Positions 1-12,877 of a stretch of 64,000 nt of DNA are shown here, in pieces. Both the position numbers and the translations under genes were made by a program. The notes beneath the pieces were generated by a model that worked only from the letters and a program-made list of their open reading frames with translations, was not told the DNA's origin and did not search any database. The stretch's first letter is position 1. Each line of letters begins with the position of its first letter. The DNA comes from Cirrosporium novae-zelandiae (lineage: Eukaryota): assembly GCA_026023565.1 (NCBI GenBank), contig JAPETS010000016.1, positions 496,001 to 560,000 of the forward strand, given 5' to 3'.

Positions 1-1273
<1,273 letters not shown>

Positions 1274-4200
1274 GATAGATACAATGGAATAATGGTTGAA
1301 AAAAGCAGACGCAAGAGCGATTGAGATGAGATGGCGACGAGTTCATATTCGATAGGTGGGGGGGGGGAGGATAGTCACGATCTGGTGATCGCAAAAGGCA
1401 AGGTGATGAGGGAGATGAGGATTCTATGTATCAATAGATGAAGGGGTACGGTAATGCGGAGGGGTGGTGCTTGTCTCCGAAAATGACTATCCAGAGAGCG
1501 GCTAGGGTGAAAATGAACAGCAAAGGATGGAGGGAGGGATCAAAGATACAACGAAGTTATTTGATTTTGGTAAGGGATCCGTGCTGGTTGCATGATGTTC
1601 TTTTGGCTAAGATCTATGGTTGATTTGCCTAATTCAGATTGTGGAGACTATGGAGACTGGAGACCATCATGGAGTCTCTTTCTCCAGACCCCATTTAGGA
1701 TGAGGGCCCGGGAAAATGACCTTGACCAACAACAGTAATACCAGGTATCAAATTAAATTAACCAATCCCAATATGGTCCAAAGTTGTATATTTCATTAAC
1801 TAAAACTGACCACGAGAACGGACAAGCATTTGACAGGTGGAGCCGTGGATGAGCCCTGTTAGGTTTTCTTACTGCCACCCTCGCACTGACTTTTTGATAA
1901 GTACAGTCCCTAGGTAACCTTTTAACCCTGCATCCGAGTTGGTATGAAGAAGTTGAGAATCATATACCTGGGTATATATATATATATATATATAACCAAT
2001 AGGTATGTATTGAAATAAAAGGCAACGAAACAGAAGCAGGAGAAGAAGTCAAAGAACAAAAAGAGGGTCTAGGTACAGTACCTAACCGACTTGTACTGTA
2101 CTGTACAATTGGCTTGTGAAACAAGAATCTTTTAGACTTTTCCCATTGGGCGGTGAGTGACAGGATAAATGCAAAGACGTTTTCTAGAAGTTCCTTCAGC
2201 CAATTAATATTCATTGTAGAATATTATATAACTTTCGCCCTTACCCGTCTTGGCAAAAAAAAAAAAAAAAAAAGGTGTTGATGAGATAGATGCATACATA
2301 AGTTTTGATTATTATTTTGGTAGAAGAGATTGGCAGTCTCGTACAACAATAATAAACTCGGAACTGAGTTTTGTTACAAGACCCAAGTTTACTTTGTTGT
2401 ACTTGTTCGTAAACTAACTTCGTGGATATTAACCCGTCAAATCAATCCTTAGCTTTGGAACCCGCTTTGTAACCCCGGCATAGACTGACCCGATCATCGA
2501 AGGAATTCTCGCCCGATTCCTTTTATTTTTTTACTTTTTTATTTTTTACTGCGGAGACAAATGTAGTATAGTATGGTACACGGGGCAATAGGGATGGATG
2601 GTCAATACCAGCACATACTGGGTAGTTTTATTTCCATTATCCTTTCAACCAACCAAAAGTTAAACAACTTTCTCTAAATATGAAAATTATGAGTTCACGG
2701 GAATCGCCACCCACCGTTACAATAAGTTCAATGCCCAACCTCGTTGAAAATTCATGTTAGGCCGAAAGTTTGGCCGCTCTCTGGGCCACTGCTCGAGCGT
2801 CGTGTCATTTCATTTCAATGGTAGTGCCAATCTTTCGGCTATCAAAGGTCATTTCCTTTTAAAGTACACAGTAGACCATGGGTAATATAATGGTGCTCTA
2901 TCAATGAACAGGTTGGAAATTGGGAGGTCTGTTCTTGGTTGGTATTGGTTCATTTAGTATATTGCGGGGAAATATTTTGAATAAGAAGGTGTGATTGAAT
3001 TTGTTGCAAGGTAACAGACAACCATTTGTGCTTAAGTGTTAATATGTCTTAAGGATCATTGGGGAATGGAATGTAAAGATTTTGAATTTTCGGGATTGGC
3101 TGGGGGTTTGGGGGTTGGGGTTGTTGGGGGGGAGGGGGGTTCGTTCTTCTGCCACATGGTGATCCATCCCATCAAGCAAAACAGAGCCGTTGAAGCGATG
3201 AAGCCAGTGAACCCAGCATTGAGGTAACTGACTACTGACCCTTTTCCACCCCCGAACTCAGATCTGCTTTAAGCCTTTAACATCCAGTCGCTCTAAATCT
3301 GGCCAAGAATTTAGTTTACCGTCAAATAAGCTCCCTTTGCCTGACATGAACTGAAACTTTTTTTTCCTTTCTACTGCGCTTGTCCGGGATTTGAATTATT
3401 AACCGAACTCTAGTCAGGGGTTACCAAGCCCGTCTTTCTTAGCAACAATGTAATATACCCTCCTTCCTGCATTATCTCATCCTGTCATATTATTGCATTT
3501 TCATTGCCCTGATAATCCATGGACCCAGATGCCCAGAGATATGGCCCTGGAATAAAATCTTGCATTGTATCCCCCAGAGACCAAGTTCAGCTATTGTTCC
3601 TTTTGATTGTTGGATAATTCAGATCTTGCAGAAATTCCGTCCGGAAAATTAAGAGACAGGCAGTCCAATAATGATATATTCTACAATCCCTAGTGTCTAC
3701 GAGGACACTTCTAGAACAGCAGTTAAACTCTTCCTGAAGGGATGTCACTGGTTGGTACCCTGGTCCAGTTGGCTTGTCATGGGATACTAGGTTCAAATTT
3801 CCCCAGAACTTTTTATATCAAGGATCTGTGCATCTTCCGTTTCCTCGATGATTACGGATTATATACCATTCAACTCAACCCAATTGTCTTTTTTAGCCAG
3901 ACTGTGGTTGCTTCAATTTTGATCAAATAGTTGATATTTCACCATTAGTCATGTGAGACTACTATCTAGGCCTCGGTCATTTAGCTACATCCAAATACCT
4001 ATATCGTTAGGTGTCAAGGTGAGTCATGGCCGGTCATCCATCAACTTCTAGAGACATGCTCATGTTGGTACAGGTAGATTATCTCGGGTAAGATCGATGT
4101 GGCCGAAATTCTACATATATTCAAGAATCAAAGTAACAAAAACTATCCATCGGTATGGATAAAAGAGTTGGGCCATAACACGTCGCCCGAAACAAGTGCT

Positions 4201-4888
4201 AAGATAATTGGTACAATACAGATGTTTCATTCTTTGATTTATCAAACCCTCGTAGTGATATCTGCGAAATGTCGAGTCATGACATAGTAAGCGTTTAATC
4301 GTCGGTTGCTATTTGTTTACCAGCCTTCTTTACTTCCTTGACCAAATCTTTCCATCTTTTACGAAACTTTAGTACCCGATCTCTCTGTCTTCTTGCCTCA
4401 CCTCTCAATGCACAGCTCCTCCATAGTCGCGAATTCTCTAGTCTCTCATTGCCATACTCCATTAAACATAGTTCATCATTTTAAATACCGATGTTGGTCA
4501 TAGTTATCTTCCGTAGGTAATATGAACCTTGGGGATGTTAACGCCTTAAGTGTCTCGGTGATCATGAGCAAGCTTGGATGGTCTTTTGCGAAGCCTAAGT
4601 CTTTTATCCTTTGGTAAATATTAATTTGCCCTCTTAGCTCACAAATCCCCTCCAACTGACTCATAATCCTTCTCCGTTCTAAACGCAACTAAGCAATAAA
4701 GTCAAATATAGGTGCGTATATATTATTCCAATATTCCACCTTGATAGTCCACTATTCACCAATCTCACTAATCTCACCAATCTCACCAATCTTCCAGATC
4801 TTCCAAATCTACGGTATAATAAAACATACGACCCACAGCAATAGTACATAGTACCAACAATACCACACAAATATTAAGCAGTTTCATA

Positions 4889-6049
4889 ATGGAATCCTTG
4901 ACGTCTCGATCGACAGTGGCTCTCTTGACCGCTAATCCAATGGCAAGCTTTGATAGGTTGCCTTCAGAATTGAAAATCATGGTATTAATGGAAATGCCCG
5001 ATATCAAGTCACTTTTGGCAACAATTCATGCGTCATCAGAATATCGAGCCGTTTTTTCCGTGTACTGGAAGTCTATCTTGCCCAGTTTTTTTGACAATGA
5101 TATGCTTATCGATGCCATCATGGTGAAGAAATCTTCAGAATTGGAACTGGAATGGACCACCGATAGTTCTACTGCAAAGCAGTTACTTGACGAATATGAT
5201 GAAGCAAGGAAAGAGGGGGTATGTTCCTTTCCGAAAGGATTCAGCCCCGACGATGCTCTTGAAATAATATCGTTTCGTTCCCAAGTTGAGGATACCGCCA
5301 ATGATTTATTCACAATGAAGCCTTCTCTCATTGCATTATCAATCGCTAGGGGTTCTTGGGTAGAGAAAAAAATTATGATTCGTGCCTTGTATCGGATCCA
5401 GCTATTCATGAATACGTTTCGGTTACCAGAGATGTCAATTTCCTTTGAAGACGGCTCCTCACAGCCCTTTCATATCTACTATGAGCACAAGCAAAAATAT
5501 TTGGACTCGTTACGAATTCTGAAGAGGTATTTCTTTGATCGTTATCATCCCTGGGAGGGAGGAGACATGGTCAGTATAATGAAATACATCACCGGCTGCT
5601 GCGAGCAATTGGCAAAAATGCTATTTAAAGACAGCCAACAGCCAATGATTTCAATTCTTCTTCGAGGACTCGGAGTATCTCTTTTCACAAAGATTCGACA
5701 TGCCCAGTCCGAGCGGGCGCTCCGGTATGATCTCATTTCCAGCATGAATCTCCCCCCAGATGTCGAACACATCTTGTATCCTGATTTTGAGCTCGGCCCT
5801 CCCAAAACCTCCTTTAGAACATCCCTAACAAGAGCCCATTACAACAAGGGGGGTTCAAATGACCCATACCGAAAGCTCCTAGAGCGCATGGATCAAGATC
5901 CTGTGAATCTTGAAAACGACCAACGCCTGAACGCAGATGGGACCGGGCTTCTCGAGAAGCTCCAAGTTATTCAGGAGTTCCCACCACTCTTCATAAGAAG
6001 CAATCGCCGAAGAGTGCTGGTACGCAGGAGGAATGTACATGCACTATAA
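4889..6049 (+). CDS. Hypothetical protein with N-terminal F-box-like motif
   Basis: Intronless 386-aa ORF; FDRLPSELKIMVLMEMPDIKSLLATIHAS resembles the fungal F-box-like LPxE(L/I)xxxI...D..SL pattern; start may be ATG 4940. Confidence 0.65.
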   Translation: MESLTSRSTVALLTANPMASFDRLPSELKIMVLMEMPDIKSLLATIHASSEYRAVFSVYWKSILPSFFDNDMLIDAIMVKKSSELELEWTTDSSTAKQLLDEYDEARKEGVCSFPKGFSPDDALEIISFRSQVEDTANDLFTMKPSLIALSIARGSWVEKKIMIRALYRIQLFMNTFRLPEMSISFEDGSSQPFHIYYEHKQKYLDSLRILKRYFFDRYHPWEGGDMVSIMKYITGCCEQLAKMLFKDSQQPMISILLRGLGVSLFTKIRHAQSERALRYDLISSMNLPPDVEHILYPDFELGPPKTSFRTSLTRAHYNKGGSNDPYRKLLERMDQDPVNLENDQRLNADGTGLLEKLQVIQEFPPLFIRSNRRRVLVRRRNVHAL

Positions 6050-9000
6050 GACTACCAATCGTTGATTCTAGGCTTGCTGTCGCAAGATCCTAGACAAGGT
6101 TTCCGCAATAATCCTGCTGAATACTTTTTATCTCTATATGCTTCCAAGGTCCAAAAGCTACCTGGGTATTAAATACACCCAAAAATGCCAGGGAGTTTAT
6201 GTCCCGACGGGTCCTTTACCACCACCTCCCCCTCCCGAACATATAAACTTGTTGATTCTCCAACAAAGGACACACCAACTTCCTACATCCTTGGAAACCG
6301 AAAATGACGCCAATTCCTCAATGCTCTAGTTAGGATACCACACCATAATCTTATCTTTGGAAATAAAAAAGTCTTTCTTGTCGCATTATCCATATTCATA
6401 CCCATCATAACACACCTCTCAAGCGCAAAACGTCCGGACAAAATCCCTATTACTATCCAGTCACTATCAGCAATCACGGACACAATTCAACGGTGACGTT
6501 GATCATATCATCGCTTATCAGACCCGTTCTATGCCACCTCCATCACTACTACCGTGCTTACACACCCCACGAGATTATATTTCTCAAATACGACAATGCC
6601 AGACGGAATTAATCGTCACAAGCTTACTCCTCTCCACCATGCTACTTCAAGTTTCTCAAACCCCCAAACCCCCTCCTTTCAGTGATGACTGTTTTTTTTT
6701 TTGGCAGAGATTGGACTATTGTTGGTTGGATTGGGTTAGATTAGACTAGAAAGTTAAGAGGCTAAAAGAGGAGTTGAGGCCTAGCCTATCTACCTAGATA
6801 CCTAGATACCTACTTACTATAATGTATAATTTTTATACCCATATCCCATACCCTAAACTGCATACCCCATTCCTATTGTTATCCACGCCATACCAGCCAA
6901 CCCCCTCTCCCGCACGCATATATACATACATAACGTAGATCACACACCTACACACCTACACACACATACCAAACCCTACAATCCAGATACAAATCTCCTC
7001 ATCCATTCAAGAATCAAAAACAAACCTTCGATATGAGTATAGAGCGAGTTGAATAGTTTATTAGAACACGCACTGTTTATTGGATATGACACTTATTTTT
7101 TTTAAGAGTGGAAGGAAGGGTAGTGGAGTGGTTAGAAGGGAAGGCTAGGAGAAGGAGGAGGAGGAGTAGAGAACTTTGAAATCATATCATATATATCCGC
7201 ATCTCCCATTCATCCATTCATTCATGGGAAATCAAACCGAGTTTAAATTAGGAGTTAGGATAAGAGACACCTCGAAGGAACTCGAAGGATCCGAGAGAAT
7301 TTTGGGAACTTAGAATTTGGAATTTGTAAGTCGTGAACATTGTGGGTATTATCGTAAGAACCAATTAACCCTAACGTGTGCCCATTCTATACCCATGCCC
7401 TTGGAAGTTATCTAAGATACCAGAGGTCTGGGGAGTTGGAGGAACTTGGGAGAACTTGGGGTTGAGAAGAAAGGGAAGAAGAAAAAGAAGGGGAATGGAT
7501 ATATTTTTTATTTTTTATTTTTTTTAAAAAAAAAAGAAAAAAGGGAGGTGAAGCTCTAATTAGAGCTTCGATTCGGGCTAAAGAGTATTAAAATGTGAGG
7601 GGGATATCAAGATCAATATATAAAAAAACGACATGGACATGGACATGGACATACATAATGGTGGTAACTCTTATATTAATTAGATATTGGAAGGATTGAT
7701 TATTTATTTCTATGTGTGAGAGGACGCCTATGATTGTGATTGTGGTTATGGTCATGAATAGGTGTTTTAAAGATTCCTTTAAGAGAAGGGGAAAGGGAGA
7801 GGAGGAGGTAGTATTACCCTAGAAATAGAGAGCCCAGAAGGAAAGGGAAGAGGGAGAGAAAGAGAAGTGAAATGAAAAAAAAAAAAAATGAAAGGAATGG
7901 AGAATGGAAAATGGAGTCATAAAATCCCTTAACTGGATAGATAAATCAATCAATTAATCAACCACCACTATCCACCACCTATCATATCTCATCATATCTT
8001 ATCTTATTTTAAGTACTATATATATAAAACAAACAACCTAAGTTGTAAAAGAAACCTCGAATGGAATGTGATTTCTTAAGACATGCATGTATCAATAATA
8101 ATAATAATAATAAAAGGGATTGTTGGGATGGGATGAATGGTGAATGATGGGATTCTTGAGGTAGGTAAGTGTGCATGTGCATGTACGTGTTTTAGAAAAA
8201 ATTGAGAAGGTTCTTTCTTAGGGAGTGAGCACAGTAAGTACTATAAAAGTGTGGAAGTGTAGATATCGTATCTATAAGAAAGGGGTGGTTGGGTGGCTTG
8301 AGGAGGACTGGCTTGAGGATGGGTAGGTGGATGTGGAGAGAAAAAAGAAGAGAAGAGAAGAGAAGAGAAGAGAGAAGGATAATAGGAATTGAGGAATTGA
8401 AAGAGGGGGGCTTTGAATAAATAAATAAATAAAGGATCCATGAATGGTTTAGTTTATCCACCATCGCCAGCATCAGTATTATCAGATCGAAACCTCCCTC
8501 CCTCACTCCCTTATCTAATATCAAGATAAAAAAAAAATCATATAACCCAACTAACAAACCTCTCATCCACCCACCTATCTGTCAATCCATCTCCCAATCC
8601 AACTCTCACTCTTCCCGAAAAACTAAAAGAAAGGCTCCAAGTCCACCCCCGAAAAAAGCACCATACCCATACTCATACCCATCCCACTATTTCGATCTAA
8701 CTTATAAAAAAAAAAAAGAATATCCAGCACAAAGCCATATGATATGATATAATATCACATATCACATTCACATACCACATACATAATTATCCATCTCCAC
8801 CCAAGCCCAATCCAAGCCAATCCAGACAACAGATAGATAACCAACCCCCCCACGCCCCCAAACAGGTCAGACATAGACATAGACATAGACGGAAGAAATA
8901 TATTCCATATTCCATACTCCATATCATTCCCAAGTTACAAGTTCGATCCTTCCATTTAAGCTTTTTTCTTTCTTTTTTCTTTTCTTTTTCAAAACCATGG

Positions 9001-10705
9001 TGGGTCCCCTGGGTGGGTCTGGTCTGGCGGGTCTGATGGGGGGGGGATCGTGGTATTTGTGGGTGGGTGGGTCCGTAAAAAAAGAGATGGAAGGAAGAAA
9101 CATGATGGTAATGAATGAAGCAGATACCTAGGTATATACTCCAGTTCCCTTCCGTGCTACCTACCTACCTACCTACCTACCTACAAGAAGAAATCATGCA
9201 TGCAAATACACAAGGCAATACGTGTGTTCGTTTACATAGTACCTAACAACCTAATTAACATGAAAATCATACCATTTAGATTCCATCCCTAGATCCCTAG
9301 CTTCAATATAATATTTTTTCCGGAATATACGTACCTACATTTGGGGGTGGGACAAAAAATACGTTACGTATTTCGTTTATGTTGTGTGTAGCTACTCTTT
9401 TTTTTTTGTTTTTTTGGGCTTTTTGAAGAAGCAAATAAATCATTGAATAAATAATCCAGGTACATACACCATACAACCATTCCATTCCATCTCATTATAT
9501 ATTCTTTTTATCATTCCAGGATTGGGGGGTCAACTATTCAACTATCAACTATTAAAGGAAAGTGGATTTCCCCGAGTTGATTTTCCATTACTGTGGTAGA
9601 AAGTCTAATTATTGAAGCGAACGAAAGGGCCAAAAAAAAAAAAAAAAGGTAAAACTTCGGTTAAAACATTAAGCTAATTATTAAGAACTTATGCACACGT
9701 GGTTTTTGGAGATGGGTACCTAGGTACATGGGTTAGGTAGGTAGAGACGTGACGTGACGTGACGTGAAGTTAATCCGTAGGGTAGTCAGTCACATGTCTC
9801 ATAGGATACAGTAGCTAAATCCGTTGGTATAGGGTAGGGTCTTGCTAACTAACCTGACTTACCTACCTAGATTTTCGAGTGTTTGTTGGATGGCAAATTT
9901 TGGTTTCTACGAGATAGAGTAGGTGTTTTAATGTATAAATAGTAGTGTATATAGTAAAGTGGGTAGTGAATGAAATGATGGGGGGTAGTAAATGAAGAGA
10001 AAATGAAGAGAAAAAAAAATTAACTTGGAGAGAGGAAGGAGGGAGGGATGAGTATTGGATTATAACTTTTCGTGACACGTGCTCGGATTTATACGTATGT
10101 ATGAGGATGGAGAATAAGAATATGGCTACTTTTTCTTGGGTTTGTGTTACCATGTTATCATGTGGAACCGTTGGTGGATGTGGGAAATGAGAAAAGAGGA
10201 AAGAGAGAAAAAAAAAGGGGGGGAGGGGGAAGAGAGATATCCATGTCCATAAGTATTCATTATTTCCTTTCCAGTTCCTATACCTCTACCTACCTGTCAG
10301 GTAACTGATAGACAAACACCTATCCCGTATACCTAAGTCCAGCCCAACGAATCTTAGAAAAAACGTCGTCCATTCATATCTTTCCCTTCGCGTATGTAAT
10401 GTTGTATATAATAAATGATGAATGAGCACATGCTTGTCATGGTCTCCGTGGAATGGCTATAAAAAAAGGATATGCCCTGCTATCAAATCATCTTCGCTTA
10501 GAGTCGTGAACTTCGTTGAAACAAAACATCGATACTCAATGTTGAATAAATATTTCGGAGTAGCGCAGCTGACAGACGCAATGTATTGATTTCTCATATC
10601 CCATCCAAAGCAAAAAAGTATTCGCCTTCATCTCCAGATATGTATATCATCAAAAAATAAAATAAAATAAACCCTGCTCCCAGAAACAATATTTTAAAAC
10701 TAAAA

Positions 10706-12877
10706 TCAAATTCCCCACCCTCTACCTCCTGCCATTCGAACAAAATCGCACGGCACATTCTGACCTACAAGACACCTCATCATTTCTACTGTCGTCCATG
10801 CGCTCACCTCCCCATTTCCATATGTTACCCAGCCTTCTCTTCTCGCCACCACAAGAGGATCTCCCTTTCTTGGTAACCCTAGTCCAAACTGCTCGCCTTT
10901 GCCTGGGGCTAGGTCAACAAATACCTTTTTGCCCGGATTATCATAAAAGAAGGGCGAATCTGAATCAGAGTTATGTATTGAAGATGGCGGTGTATAGCCA
11001 AAATGTCGAAGGAGTGGTTGCACAACAAGAGATTTTTCAGACGGTAAGCAGGAGATTATTACAAAAGGTGATGCGACACGGTTAATGCTTTCAATACTGG
11101 TAATGGGTTCAAGACCCACTGCCAAAGGTCCTTGTGCTTTGAATCCTACAGTGTAAATGGGGCTGACGTGTAGAGAACGGAGAGCGTATATCACGGCTGC
11201 AGCATCAGGTTCAGATGATGACAGAATTAGGCCTGGACGAGCGCGGTAGGCAGAAGGAACAAAGTCACGAGTTAACGTTGCACGGATCCCTTTCCAGGAT
11301 GCATTGTCACCCATGAAAGACGGCTGAACAGGGTTGTCGGACACAGTAATGGTGTCAATGAGACCTATAGCTCTAGCAGAGTCGGAGAGGGCAGGTATCG
11401 ATAGAGAGGATGTAGGAAGTGGTGGAAAGAGGTATGCGCCTCCGAAGTTGGGGTGAAGAAGAAAGTTCTCTACACAACCTTTTGGCCCGCGGTTCACGCT
11501 TGAGAAGTGATGGGGCAGACCTAGCTCATTAAAGCACTTTTCAAAGAAAAGAGAATGAGGCATGGAATGTGGAGGGCCAATGGCATATATTTCTCGCTTC
11601 TGCAGTTGTCCCATTATGTGTAGAGCCCCGTTAATTTCAGCGGCGGATAGTTGACCTGGAGCAGCGATGATGGGAAGTAGAGGATGGGTAATGGGTGTGA
11701 AGACGGTGTTAAGGGCTCGAGATAGTTGCCCAACCTGGCCCATGTTGACCGCAGCTAGGGGTGGCCCGTTGGGGAACTGGTTCTTTATTGTCGAGCGGAA
11801 GTACTCGAGTTGGTAGTTCTCATCCATTGTACTGATCATGGCAATCATTTTGACAATGTCGCCGTATTTGGCACCCTCTTTGAAATATTTGAGAGATTCG
11901 GCTGAAGGCCACTTCCATTCCCCTGTGAAATCATGGAAAGCACTGATAATCTTGGTGTGGGCTTTCTCTTCAGAGAGTCTGCGGCGGATATCCTCTGGAA
12001 GCCATAGTTCAACATCAATGTATTCGACACCCCATTTGATGGCGCGACGAAGATACTCATAAAAAATAGTAGGATCTTCCATTGGAAATAGTCCATTCTC
12101 CCTTGTACAACGGGTAGTATAGATAATTGGAAGCTCCGTTCTTTGGCGTAGGAGCATGACCTGCTCTCCTACGTATTGCAGACTAGGCATAGAGCTGTAG
12201 GTGCCATCACGATGTGGCTCTTTTAGAAGATCTACTCGGATTTCAACGGCATCTGCACCGACAGAAAGTATATCAAGATCAGACAGGGCAGTACGGACAT
12301 CAGGGAAGGTTGTCGAGATGAACGATGTTCTCTCTTTTCTAATCAAATCTTCATGATGGCTGGTCTGACCCAACACGAAACCCAAAAAGCGAGCCAGATC
12401 CCTCCGGAAAAACGTATTCTTGGTATAGAGGAATTCGTAATCGCACACTTGGGTTAGTTCCTCGTCTGTTGGTCCTGCATCAACACAGTGTGTATGTATG
12501 ACCACTACAGCCGACATGGCTCGTTCTGCTATTGTTCCTTTTGCCTCCCTTGCTGGTATCCCCCACACCCGACTAGAGTCTTCTTCGTGAAGACCAGAGA
12601 TGGAAGAAACGGTGACGGCGGGCTTCCCTAACACATCTGCGAAGATTTCGACAACCTCCTCTTGGCCTTGGTCGAAGATCGTTACAACGGTTCGTTCATC
12701 TCCCATGACCATAGGATGTATACTCCCATTCTTAAAGCCATTGGTGGTGGTTATCTTGGAGGATTGGGGAGAGGAAACGACTGGGCTAGAGTGATGGACA
12801 TTCGTCGCCATGGACCTGGGGTCGGATAATATCATAATTGTGGATGGTTGAAGCTTAGCCGTAGATATTGAAACCAT
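10706..12877 (-). CDS. AROM C-terminal-derived protein: degenerate shikimate kinase-like + type I 3-dehydroquinase + degenerate shikimate dehydrogenase (QutR/Qa-1S/GaaX-like architecture)
   Basis: 723-aa intronless ORF with type I DHQase motifs GADAVEIRVDLL, IIYTTR, YIDVEL, SAFHDF, DIVK, LSR, APGQ, followed by a shikimate-DH-like region (ELGLPHHF, SARAIGLIDT, GDNASWKGI). True start may be ATG 12811 (ccATGg). Confidence 0.85.
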   Translation of the reverse strand: MVSISTAKLQPSTIMILSDPRSMATNVHHSSPVVSSPQSSKITTTNGFKNGSIHPMVMGDERTVVTIFDQGQEEVVEIFADVLGKPAVTVSSISGLHEEDSSRVWGIPAREAKGTIAERAMSAVVVIHTHCVDAGPTDEELTQVCDYEFLYTKNTFFRRDLARFLGFVLGQTSHHEDLIRKERTSFISTTFPDVRTALSDLDILSVGADAVEIRVDLLKEPHRDGTYSSMPSLQYVGEQVMLLRQRTELPIIYTTRCTRENGLFPMEDPTIFYEYLRRAIKWGVEYIDVELWLPEDIRRRLSEEKAHTKIISAFHDFTGEWKWPSAESLKYFKEGAKYGDIVKMIAMISTMDENYQLEYFRSTIKNQFPNGPPLAAVNMGQVGQLSRALNTVFTPITHPLLPIIAAPGQLSAAEINGALHIMGQLQKREIYAIGPPHSMPHSLFFEKCFNELGLPHHFSSVNRGPKGCVENFLLHPNFGGAYLFPPLPTSSLSIPALSDSARAIGLIDTITVSDNPVQPSFMGDNASWKGIRATLTRDFVPSAYRARPGLILSSSEPDAAAVIYALRSLHVSPIYTVGFKAQGPLAVGLEPITSIESINRVASPFVIISCLPSEKSLVVQPLLRHFGYTPPSSIHNSDSDSPFFYDNPGKKVFVDLAPGKGEQFGLGLPRKGDPLVVARREGWVTYGNGEVSAWTTVEMMRCLVGQNVPCDFVRMAGGRGWGI

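Noticed and set aside
3519..3930. Possible HNH-type gene relic (GPGIKSCIVSP)
   Set aside because: Only one weak motif amid stops and frameshifts.
6750..10400. Short ORFs in the long spacer
   Set aside because: They translate homopolymer and microsatellite DNA; no motifs or coherent splicing.
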